This document shows, in pieces, positions 54,583 to 64,000 of a stretch of DNA of 64,000 nucleotides (position 1 is its first letter; every line of letters starts with the position of its first letter). The stretch covers positions 105,822 through 169,821 of the forward strand of contig JASAOG010000245.1 of assembly GCA_030265305.1 (NCBI GenBank). Direction: 5' to 3'. Source of the stretch: Biomphalaria pfeifferi (Eukaryota). A program made the position numbers and the translations under genes. The notes under the pieces were generated by a model. That model had not been told where the DNA came from, ran no database searches, and worked only from the letters and a program-made list of their open reading frames with translations.

Positions 54583-54752
54583 GGAGGGATGTCTGGTCGT
54601 GCGGTATTCGCACTGGACTGTCGTTCGGTCGTCCGGATGGTTCCGGGTTCATACCCAGCCACCTGAGCCTGCTGCCATCCCGCGTCGTTCTGCAGGAGGT
54701 TTGAATTAGGAAGTAACTTATCTTCAACTCTGAAGTAGCACCCGAAACATGT
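54583..54752 (+). mobile_element. Repeat family A copy, inside the last intron of globin-like copy A
   Basis: Matches the family A consensus. Confidence 0.7.
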
Positions 54753-55689
54753 CTTGTAGAACATAATACCATAAAATCATTTAGTATCATAATGCGGCAG
54801 TAACCTCAGCAACTAGCTCTGCCTTTTTCTAAAAGGGTCTATAACGGAAGTGCTATGACGTCATTTGGGAGCGCGGTTTGTCGGGAAATTGGTTTTAGTG
54901 GGGCTAGGGTCATTTGTAGACAGGATTTCGTAGAGGAAGGTTGTAGACTAAAAGTTGGTAGACGGTACTTAGATAGACAAGTCACATAATTTTGAGTTGT
55001 ATATTTAATAAACTTGTTAGAATCTATTTTATAACGAGCTCAGGAGAAGATATTCAACTTGTACTGTTTCATTTTGTGCACTATTTATATTGATTCCTAG
55101 TTCCTGAATTAAAGTTTTTGTATTTTGAATTAAAGTATCTTCATTTTTTGAATTTCTAAAGATATTTAAAGTATATATATATATATATATATATGAATCC
55201 CCGGCATCACATGTTCTTTGAGTGTTTAATAAAGATCAGAGATAAGTCTTCAATAAACCAAGTACTAAACACTATAGTAGCCTCAAGTCACGGAACAGTG
55301 GCGGTTACAGTATAGGAATATGAGGTAAACTCCCCATGGTCAGCGCTGCTCTCGGCCACTTGTAGCGAGTGGACCCAGAACCGGGGGCTGCGCGCTGTGT
55401 ACGTGGTAAGACCCCCCCCCCCCTCATGCCCAGTTATTATGGGCGTCACTGCAGGGAGCCCTCAGACTGGAAAGGGCCTGGTTGTTGGATAAAAGCCTTT
55501 CTAACAATCAACGGGATAATGGCGCCCTCGTAGGCGCCGATTCCCTACTGGACTTCATTGAAGGTATCTGCAGCGTCTCAAGTTCTGCCAGGGTGTAACA
55601 CTAATTGCTGCGATCTGCCTAGGGTTTATCGGCTCACGATGTTTCCTTAAGGTTGGTTCCCGAAGCCTTTCCAAGTTGCATTGCGTTTA

Positions 55690-55890
55690 TGGCAATGGTT
55701 TGAAATAAAAGAACAATTAGCAAATGACCCCCTTATTTTCAGTTTGTGCACCTTTTTACAAAGCTTATATCAACTCACTCAGACAGTCTGTCTGTCTGGT
55801 AAAAAACTTTGTACGCGTTATTTGTCTGACACTCAATCTGGGATCAAGCTGAAAATTCGCTCCAATATTTCTTTTATCTGACAACAGAAG
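55690..55890 (-). mobile_element. Repeat family D copy, head-to-head with the 56100 copy
   Basis: Reverse complement of the family D consensus (ctgtctgtctggtaaaaaa...). Confidence 0.6.
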
Positions 55891-56099
55891 AATTGAAGAG
55901 TATGCAAGCTCATAGTTAATAGCCATGAACTAATATTAACAAGCAAAATATAGAAAAAAATTTTTAAAAAAAAAAAAAAAAAAAAGCTTATCTAAAGGGG
56001 AAATACTCCGTCTTTAAAAGTATATCTACCAATAATGTAATAGCTATTTCCCCTATTCAATATCAAATAAAATAATGAATTACAAATAAATAATTGACT

Positions 56100-56860
56100 A
56101 ATTGATTATTTTAGTTTATTGATTCATGTTTTGTTAGGTACAATAAAAAATTGTTTAAATTATCAACTTGATCGGAGAATGCGTGAGGGAGAAATAGCGT
56201 TAACAATTATTTAATGGGACTAAGCCCAACAAATTTAGCCAGATCTGTGAATACTGAAGTTTCCCTTGTTGCTATTAAACAAAATAATGCACTACCAGTA
56301 TTTAATTGTCTAACTGGCTACTTTTGTTTGTATTGATTCATGTCTTGTCTATGTCAATGAATAATTGTGCAAAGTGATTCATGTCTTGTCTATGTCAATG
56401 AATAATTGTGCCAAGTGATTCATGTCTTGTCTATGTCAATGAATAATTGTGCGAAGTGATTCATGTCTTGTCTATGTCAATGAATAATTGTGCGAAGTGA
56501 TTCATGTCTTGTCTATGTCAATGAATAATTGTGCGAAGTGACTCATGTCTTGTCTATGTCAATGAATAATTGTGCGAAGTGATTCATGTCTTGTCTATGT
56601 CAATGAATAATTGTGCCAAGTGATTCATGTCTTGTCTATGTCAATGAATAGTTGTGCCAAGTGATTCATGTCTTGTCTATGTCAATGAATAATTGTGCCA
56701 AGTGATTCATGTCTTGTCTATGTCAATGAATAATTGTGCGAAGTGATTCATGTCTTGTCTATGTCAATGAATAATTTGCGAAGACTCAGCTTGATCTGAG
56801 AACGGGTGTGAGAGAAATAACATGTACACACTTTTTACCAGACAGACAGACAGGTTTTTT
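56100..56860 (+). mobile_element. Repeat family D element whose 5' 41 bp has been tandemly amplified 11 times
   Basis: The family D consensus is ...ttgattcatgt.ttgt..aggtacaat.aataattgtgcgaagt..cagcttgatc.gagaa.gggtgtgagagaaataacatgt.caaactttttaccagacagacagac.g.gtgagttgatacaagctttgtaaaaa. In this copy the 5' unit gattcatgtcttgtctatgtcaatgaataattgtgcgaagt is repeated 11 times (56334-56787) before the element continues (cagcttgatctgagaacgggtgtgagagaaataacatgtacacactttttaccagacagacagacag). Confidence 0.65.
56334..56787. repeat. Tandem array, 41-bp unit, 11 copies, derived from the 5' end of a family D element
   Basis: Unit gattcatgtcttgtctatgtcaatgaataattgtgcgaagt, with c/g variation at the gcgaagt/gccaagt position. 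Confidence 0.9.
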
Positions 56861-57825
56861 TTCAAACTTAGAGCTCGAAGAGCCTTCGGCTCAGCTCTTG
56901 GACAATCAAAAGTATCTCACTTTCCTCTAATTTGTACTTTTCTAATTATTTTAATTAACTGTGACCTTCTAGAAACTGACGTCTGCTATTTTTTCCCCTT
57001 AACCTCTTTCTCTGATTGGATGACTATAATTAGCTTGTTTACTCTGGTCATCTCTGACTTGGCCTGGGCTTCTAGATACTGGTCGAATTACGTCACAGTA
57101 TCGACTCGTAACAATCTGTGGCATTTTACGTCTCGAGAGACGATCTTTTCCCTTTGCAACTTCTTGTGTGACGAAAGAGGCCATTCCTTGATAAGCAGCT
57201 GCGATCGCAGGTTGGGCATATGTGATCACCAGGCGCCCGTTGCATTATCACCCTTCTTTCTGCTGCTGTTGTGTATGACATCTGGAATCCGAGACCCTTC
57301 CTTTATGTTCTCTCTCTCCATGTGGATTTATCCAGTGCTACTCGTGCCAATATCAAAGTGAGAAACAAAGAGTAATCTTGAGATGTGAAACCTTCTCTAG
57401 GCGCCACTATCCCGTTGCCAGGTCAGAAGGATTTGATCCAGTGGTCATGCGCGGAGATCTTCACCCTAAGTCCTGTCTGAAGGTTCCATAATGGCAGCGT
57501 CCATAAATTGGCTAAAGATTATACCAGCAGACGTGAGCATGTTGTCAAGTGATACAAATGGCACTTCCTAACGATGTCAAATAAGAACAAATTCATTGCG
57601 CCAATAGATACAACTTTTTTTTGGAACTGAACTTGTTTTTCTTTGTGTATGAAAATGCAGACATTTTGATGTCTGTTAGACGCTGAAGTCTGAGAAAATG
57701 TTAGCGGCTATGATAGCAGATATGAGATCTTAGTCTGTTTATAGTCTGATTTTTTTTTGTCTGTTTTTTTAATATCAGCTTTTAAAAAAACAACAACATT
57801 GAATTACATGTACCGAAACATTAGA

Positions 57826-58052
57826 ACAGTGTCGTAGCTAGGGCTTTGGGGGCTCGGGGCGCTTGACCTCTTTATGGGCCCGTGCATTTTGACATTCGAC
57901 ATCATGACATGAGATAATGGCGTAATATTTAATGTAAAAACAAATTTCGGACGATCATTTAAGGGCCCCTTTCAAGTTGGGGCCTGGAGGATTTCAAATT
58001 TTGACTCCTCCCTCCCTCATCCTAGCCATTCCTAGCTACGCCTTTGACATAA
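57826..58052. mobile_element. MITE-like element copy
   Basis: Termini cagtgtcgtagctagg / cctagctacgcc. The internal segment ttgacattcgacatcatgacatgagataatggcgtaatatttaatgt is identical to the 28240 copy. Confidence 0.7.
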
Positions 58053-58629
58053 TAGCAATTTTAAAAAACACTATCTGGATCTAAATCTTTATTCCGTCAA
58101 GAGGCAACCCTCGGGAGGCATCTTGCCGGTCCCAAGCCCGGGTAAAGGAGGAGGGTTGGGCGGGAAGCTAGCAATTCCACCTTATTAAAAAAAAAGCACA
58201 AAGCTATTTGAGTCAAAAGGATACGGTCAAGTAAGTCAAATCTATACCTGATGTTAATTCTCAGTACATTAGTTTGAAAAAATTGCACGCAGACCCAGGC
58301 CAAAAGTAATCATCGGGTTCATGTCACATGAATTCCATTAATCCATTGGCTCCAACAAGCGGTAACTAGAGGAAACACACGGAATTTCGCTCTCCAAAAG
58401 TGTTGGTACTTCAAGAGTTAATTTGCGTTATCTGTACCACTGCAGACGTCAGCGCTGCTGCGCTTAATAACTGTCTACATCTGAAATGTTTGCAAACTAT
58501 AAAATATATGGATCAGTGGTAATTACATAGAAAAACTTGCCTCGATCTGATGTAAAGCTGAAAGAGAGCTAATTGTGTATGTTATCTTATTCATTACTAA
58601 AGTAGCTTACACGTACCTATGTGCCAAGC

Positions 58630-58762
58630 TATGTCGTTCAGGTTTATCAATGGTCCCGGGTTCAAACCCTGCCCGCTCTTATCCCCCGTCGTCCTGCGGG
58701 AGGTTTCGACTAGGAAGTAATTATCTTCAACTCTGAAGGAACATCCGAAACATGTATAACAT
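58630..58762 (+). mobile_element. Repeat family A copy, 5'-truncated
   Basis: Matches the family A consensus. Confidence 0.7.
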
Positions 58763-59489
58763 TTTATAAACAAATTATTTTATAAACAAGCTAACTAGAT
58801 GTATTAAACATTGAATATATTTATATATGGTTTTGTCATAGTTTAAGACATGACTCAGTATCAAAAGTGAGCCTTCAAGGTACAGAGGAGCGAGCAGGAC
58901 GAAAGGGTCGTCTAAACAAAAACCTGGTTGGATATCATCAAGCAAAGCAAAATACAAAGAAATAACTTTAAAAAAAATATTAAAAAGCTTACCGTAAGTG
59001 TATTAATTACTTTGGATCAGTCGTGTAGATTAAATATGTAATAGATCTAGACTATCAATAATAAATCTTTACGATTAGAAATATTTTACCCATTGCTTTA
59101 TTTTTTTAGCGCAATTTCATGCTTTTAGCTTTCTCACTACCCTATGTTCCTATCACTTGTCTGAACCAGTAGGAAATGGGTAGGGGGAGAAAGAACGGGG
59201 TATCTGAGTGATCGCTTTTTAAATGTATTTTTAAAAAAGGGAATGACCTAAATTGGTCAACGCGGTAACCACTCTACTAGCGAAGAGTCCATGAACTTTG
59301 AAGATGGTATCTATTGTTTCTATTTCTTATTTATGTTCACTAAGCCTCCGACCACAATCTATAAAGGGGACTAATTCAGCTTATACCACCACTTCAGCGA
59401 AGTATAAATTCTTTCCCTTGTTTGAGATACCAAACAAAATAATTTATTATCAATAGTAAAATAACTGTTTAATTTTTTAAATGGATTCT

Positions 59490-59600
59490 TGTGTTGCAAG
59501 GTAAAAGAAATAATTGTGCACAGTTTCGGCTTCATCCGAGATTTGGTTGTCTGAGAAATATTTGCCAGACAGACAGAATGAGTTGATACAAGCTTTGTAA
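59490..59600 (+). mobile_element. Repeat family D fragment
   Basis: The segment ...aataattgtgcacagtttcggcttcatccgagat...tttgccagacagacagaatgagttgatacaagctttgtaaaaatgg matches the family D consensus. Confidence 0.5.
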
Positions 59601-61189
59601 AAATGGACCGGTCTTTCTCTTGATATCCTACTAAGAAAGCTGCTGACCATGGAAAGTTGAGGGAATCGGTTACCCGTGACTATGACAGCAACAGTTGTGG
59701 ACAAGGGATATATTATGATTTTGGTGTCGATATTTATGATATACATTAGTCACTTGTAGGAGATGTTATTGTATTGTTGTATCAATTAGTCTTTCTCATT
59801 ACGCTATAGTCCTATCACTTATCTGGATCCATTGGGTAAATCGAGGGAGGGGGGGGGAGAGAGAGAAAAAAAAGGTTGAAAAATTTATCTTTACCTACGT
59901 TAGGGCCCTCAATTTCTCTTTAGTTCATTAGTTTTACGTTGATTAAATGGGACTCTGAATGTAGAATCTACCCAAAAAAAAAAATAAAAATGAACGGATC
60001 TTTTTTATTTTGTGGAACATGACAACAAGCCAATAAATTTGATTTGTAAAGAAAGTGTGACGTTTAAAAAAATTTTTTTTAAATGTAAACAGCATTTTAA
60101 AACAAATATGGCGTCATTCTTGATTTAAGGCGCGAATACAATAAATACTTCTACGGATTGGAAGATCGATGGGAATATTTACTAAAAAAGGGAAATTGAG
60201 TCGTTGTAGCTACAAAGCTGCTTAGATTTTAAGTACAGAAATTAGGCAATTTTCTGTCGCGTGGAAAAGAAAAAAGATAAGCTTCAGATATCCAATTCAT
60301 TAATGTAAGTACTAGATCCAAGGGTTTCTAATCAAATAGTTTCAAATTCAAGTCAATTTCGATTCGTTATTCGTTCATGTGGCCCGCGACAGGAGTGTCA
60401 GAAATTAAAATGGCCCGCGGGTCGAATTAGGTTGCGCATCACTGATTTAAATCCATGTCTACACTAAAACACTCAAGCACCCATTTCTGATGTAGCAGTT
60501 AAACAGTTTGAACATTTAAAATGTAAACGTAATGCAACATACACTGGGAAATTCTATGCATTGAAATTTATAGTTTTGAATCACATGAATTTAAAATGTA
60601 TAAATCTAGCAGCAGTGTCACAAGGGTCGAAGTCACCCGGTGCAGTCCGCACTCCTAGTGACGCCACTGCTCCTCTGTACAGTATACAACACAAAAGTTT
60701 ATATTAAATGAAATTTCAAACTCGGCTACAAATGTGTAGAACTATTTATTGGGTGTATTTGCAATAGAATAAAATCATAAATACAAATAGAAAATACTTC
60801 ACATTAATAAAAAAAAATAAAACAACTTTTAACTAATTCTTTTGAAAAAATCTGGTCACAATTACAAAAAAGATATTTTCTACTTTGTCCGTAATTAAAT
60901 ATTATTTTGTTTTTAAACTCAAAAACGACAAATCAAGGCCATTATCAATAGTACACATTATATACACTTTATATTAAATAGGGTATAGGCCATACACATT
61001 CTGTTTAAATGAACATTGTTATTTTCGTTTTCCGTACGGAGAACTATTAACGTTTCTAACAGTTATATAAATTCAAAAATTGGATGTGCCTATTTGGCTG
61101 GCAAAATCAATTTCGTATCTCTCTTTGTAAAAAAATAATTTTGGAATTTATTTCTATCTTAATCAATTTCAGCTTACTCAGTAATCAGG

Positions 61190-61425
61190 GGGCGCTGTGG
61201 CCGAGTGGTTAAGCGCTTGACTACCAAACCTGAAGTCCAGGGTTCGAATCTCAGTGAAAAAAAAAAATGGGATTTTGAATTTCGGGATTTTTTGGGCGCC
61301 CCCGAGTCCAACCAACTGCTGGCCATACGACATCCTGCATGTTAACCGTTGGCCAAAGAAACAGATGACCTTAACATCATCTGTCTTATAGCTCGCAAGA
61401 TCCGAAAGGAGAATTAATCAGTTAA
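61190..61425 (+). mobile_element. Interspersed repeat family B (about 240-270 bp, tRNA-derived SINE), reference copy
   Basis: Head ggggcgctgtggccgagtggttaagcgc...tccagggttcgaatctcag carries tRNA-like D- and T-arm boxes but is not a cloverleaf. An A-run is followed by a body ...gagtccaaccaactgctggccatacgacatcctgc.gttaaccgttggccaaagaaacagatgaccttaacatcatctg...atccgaaaggagaa. Confidence 0.75.
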
Positions 61426-62199
61426 CATAAATTTAAAAAAAAAAAATTAATTTGTTTTGAAGTCATTGCTAGATATAAAGAGTTGCTTAACTGGGAACTG
61501 CGGGCTACATTCTGCCATCTCCCTTCTTCTGTATTTAAGTAAACGTTTTTCAGGTTTTGTATCTTTAGCGATAAACTAAAACTCTTGCCTCGTTTCGAGA
61601 AAACTATTACCTAGCACAAAGGTCTACCATTAATGGCGCGCATGCTGAATCATAGTTTTTAAAGGGAGAGCACTCCCATTCCATTTACACTGTAACCATG
61701 GCAACTGTCCAATTTTTTTCTGTCAAAAATAGCAACACAATTCCGGATAACCAATTACTTTAAACAAAACTTGTTTAAGCAGTAACTCAAAGTACACAAA
61801 AGTTGTACGAAATTGGCTTGTGCTCTACGCATGAGCATCGTGGCTCTCACAAATGGCGGTGTCACCTGTTTTCAAAAATGCCTGTTTCGTCTCCCGTCTG
61901 TAGGCTATGTCCATAAAAACGTGTTTTAAAGATATTACCAGAAGCTAACTTTATACTTTAAAAAAAAATGTGAATGGATGCACAGCATAGACATGAATCA
62001 GAGGAAGGTACTATATAATTATCGTATTAGATTTGGCTGGTTTCATAACAGCCAATAGATCATTGAGCTGCTATTATTAACTGCTCCATTAGATTAGACA
62101 ATTCTTATATTTTACTGCTGTTATTATCTGCTTTCTTTTTTTTTTTTCTTGGAGGAAAAAAAAAGTGCCTGCGTTGAAGCCATCGGAAATACTCCAGCA

Positions 62200-62510
62200 T
62201 AGGTGACGAATCAGCCAATCATCTGCTGTCTTTTGCTAAAGCGTTGTCTGCTTATTGGCCAATTACCTTGCACGGGTCTTTAGCCTCTGACGTAAATGTA
62301 TACATTTGATTTGTGTTTGCGGGTGTGTTAGAAAGGAGAAGGGGTTAACTGTGCAGGTGTGTGTATGTGTGTGAGTGCGTTTTGTTCGCCACAAAACCAA
62401 TTTGCAAAGTGGTCAAGTCAAGGCACCTGATGCAAATAAAATAAGCCAGCCATAATGTTAATTGTTATATAAACAGGCGGGGCATACGTCCGAACAGAGC
62501 CAATGTAAGA
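62200..62510. promoter_or_regulatory. Promoter-like block: four CCAAT boxes (one as inverted ATTGGCCAAT), a CRE half-site TGACGTAA (62288-62295) and TATATAAAC (62466-62474)
   Basis: Motifs read directly from the sequence. The region is GC-richer than its flanks and lies between the two globin-like terminal exons. Orientation is unresolved: the CCAAT-upstream-of-TATA arrangement fits + strand transcription. Confidence 0.3.
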
Positions 62511-62758
62511 TAAATAAACCCTCCCTGATCACTGCGCAAGCGCACACGAGTTAAAGGCGATTGAAATAAAACATGAAATATCGGTAGATCAGAAAATACA
62601 AAAATGAATACTCCCTTGAACTCGATATTGCTAGAGAGTTAAGGTCAATGTCATTCAAGTTCATCTTTGGTGAAGTGCTACAAGTGATCGAGCACTTGTT
62701 CCAGCATTGGGAAGAAGGTTCGCCTGGTGCAAGTGTCCGGCTTTGGGAAAACACGTGA

Positions 62759-62890
62759 TCACATGACCATTGTCTCTTTCATCAGGTGAGTGATGTATCT
62801 GAACAGGTCGGCCCAGGCTTGCTCCACTTCCGGTGTCCACCTGTCCCCTAAGGCAGGCTGAATGGCGGTGTTGAACTGTGGTCCTACCAG
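62759..62890 (-). CDS. Globin-like gene copy B, terminal exon, stop TGA at 62759-62761
   Basis: Acceptor gctttcgttcacag|CTG. Encodes LVGPQFNTAIQPALGDRWTPEVEQAWADLFRYITHLMKETMVM*. About 65% amino-acid identity to copy A with mostly conservative substitutions. The flanking intron shares acatcat-rich motifs with copy A's intron. Confidence 0.5.
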   Translation of the reverse strand: MVGPQFNTAIQPALGDRWTPEVEQAWADLFRYITHLMKETMVM

Positions 62891-63595
62891 CTGTGAACGA
62901 AAGCAAAAGAGAAATAAATTAGCACCACGACGCACCCTAAAAACATAAGATCATGTTACATCATTACATCATGTTACACGATAACATGCTACAGCATGAT
63001 ATATCTTACCCATTACACCATGTTACATTATTGTCACGTGGTGTATGCATCAAGGTTGTCACAGAAATATAAACAGGAAGTTGGTTGTTTTTTTTAAACA
63101 CTTTGGCTTCTAGTAGTTTCGAGTTCTTTAGCAGAAGAGTAAATAATGTAGAGAGAGATAATTTGTTTCCGGTACATTCGATTTTTTAATTTGTGAACAG
63201 CCTATAAATAGAAGTGACGCACTTATGTCTGGGTCCATTCAGTTCATGTTTTTTTTTAGCTTTATGTAGGATTACTTTTGTGAATTTATTATAGAACTAG
63301 CATTACCCATTGGCTTCGCCCGTTAATTTGTTCCCAGTCAATATTTTGTGTATTTTAGCATCGCTGGAAATGATACAAAGATTGATAAAAATGATACAAA
63401 GATTGCTGGAAATAATTCAAACATCGCTTGAAAATGATACAAAGATGGCTGGGAATGTCAGATATAGCAAGAGCTATTTCGGCAGTAGCTAGCTTTTGGT
63501 GGCGACAGAGAGTTGCTTGCGACAGGTAGAGATTATCTGAGACAGACTATCTAAATTTTATCTTGTATTACATCTAGGTTAATTTGTCGAAAAAT

Positions 63596-63657
<62 letters not shown>

Positions 63658-63775
63658 GGATGGATAGACAGACAGAGGAGACAGGCAGGCAAATAGATAG
63701 ATAGAGAGAGAGAGAGAGATATAGGAGAGAGTGAGAGAGAGAGAGAAAGAAAGAGAGGAAGAAAGACAGAGACAT
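63596..63775. repeat. (GATA)n / (GA)n compound microsatellite
   Basis: Read directly. The minus-strand ORF 63551-63826 is an artefact. Confidence 0.95.
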
Positions 63776-64000
63776 AGATTGTGTTTGACTGAGTGAGTGA
63801 TAGAGCGAGTGATTGAGTTGGTTCAATTACACGCCTCTACAACTATTGGGTATCCAATTTCCGTGTGTATCAATTGGTTTATTCTGATCAATAATTCATC
63901 TTACAACTGACACTATGAGTTACCACTATGAGTTGGTTTGGCTTTCAGAAATATAGGGCAGGGGCGGAGCGATACAATCGAAACAGTTCTAGTTTATTTA

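Noticed and set aside
54338-54790. 150-aa track ORF treated as one coding unit
   Set aside because: Only its last 47 codons (54338-54481) are the globin-like exon. The remainder reads through an intron and a family A SINE (the ...VSGATSELKISYFLIQTS... peptide recurs in every SINE A copy).
56822-57361. 179-aa + strand ORF immediately after the family D array
   Set aside because: No recognisable domain and hydrophobic low-complexity composition. It starts inside the D element and begins at a non-ATG, so it is likely spurious.
61195-61265. tRNA-like sequence (gtggccgagtggttaagcgc ... ccagggttcgaatc); also 28915-28985 and 10805-10870
   Set aside because: The D- and T-arm boxes are present, but the anticodon stem and acceptor stem do not pair into a cloverleaf. 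Each is followed by the conserved family B body. These are SINE heads, not tRNA genes.
62200-62510. Assigning the promoter-like block as the promoter of globin-like copy A (minus strand)
   Set aside because: The motif order (CCAATs and CRE upstream of TATA) fits + strand transcription better. The only minus-strand ATG nearby gives a 9-codon ORF. The assignment is left unresolved.
62661-62906. 81-aa minus-strand ORF overlapping the globin-like exon B
   Set aside because: It is in a different frame from the conserved peptide and shows no conservation with copy A. The conserved frame is 62759-62890.

Overview
This window is eukaryotic nuclear DNA from an AT-rich, repeat-dense invertebrate metazoan genome; the phylum cannot be determined from sequence alone. 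It is not prokaryotic, so there are no operons, CRISPR arrays or defence islands. The supplied ORF track accepts GTG and TTG as starts, so its 'M' residues are unreliable and most of its ORFs are noise inside repeats.

Host genes that can be supported:
- The 3' exons of a SEL1L orthologue on the + strand (1217-6355), ending in the transmembrane helix.
- A class-I SAM methyltransferase of the EEF1AKMT4/METTL13-N type on the - strand. Three exons were found (14286-14435, 12271-12552, 10193-10701), the introns are filled with SINEs, and the 5' exon(s) were not found.
- SUPT3H (SPT3) as one uninterrupted 368-codon CDS (19634-20740, + strand).
- A BMP-type R-Smad (Smad1/5/8, Mad) as one uninterrupted 432-codon CDS (24147-25445, - strand), preceded by a 5'-UTR intron acceptor.
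- Two paralogous globin-like terminal exons on the - strand (54338-54481 and 62759-62890) with a CCAAT/CRE/TATA promoter-like block between them.

The rest is transposable-element and satellite sequence:
- Three SINE-like families: A in seven copies all on the + strand, B with a tRNA-derived head, and C.
- A roughly 220-bp MITE family with 15-bp terminal inverted repeats, in three copies.
- An unclassified short family 'D', one copy of which carries an 11-fold tandem amplification of its own 5' end.
- Many 5'-truncated copies of one non-LTR (LINE) family, plus fragments of two other LINE families.
- A degenerate Ty3/gypsy-type LTR element whose domain order is IN-RT-RH (Gmr1-like), and a separate integrase fragment.
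- A 7-kb satellite island (31.5-38.3 kb) holding three unrelated minisatellite arrays.

I found no evidence of a novel multi-gene 'system'. The most interesting items are the tandem globin-like pair, the intronless SUPT3H and Smad CDSs, the Gmr1-like element, the satellite island with its higher-order structure, and the tandem array born from a transposon's own 5' end.
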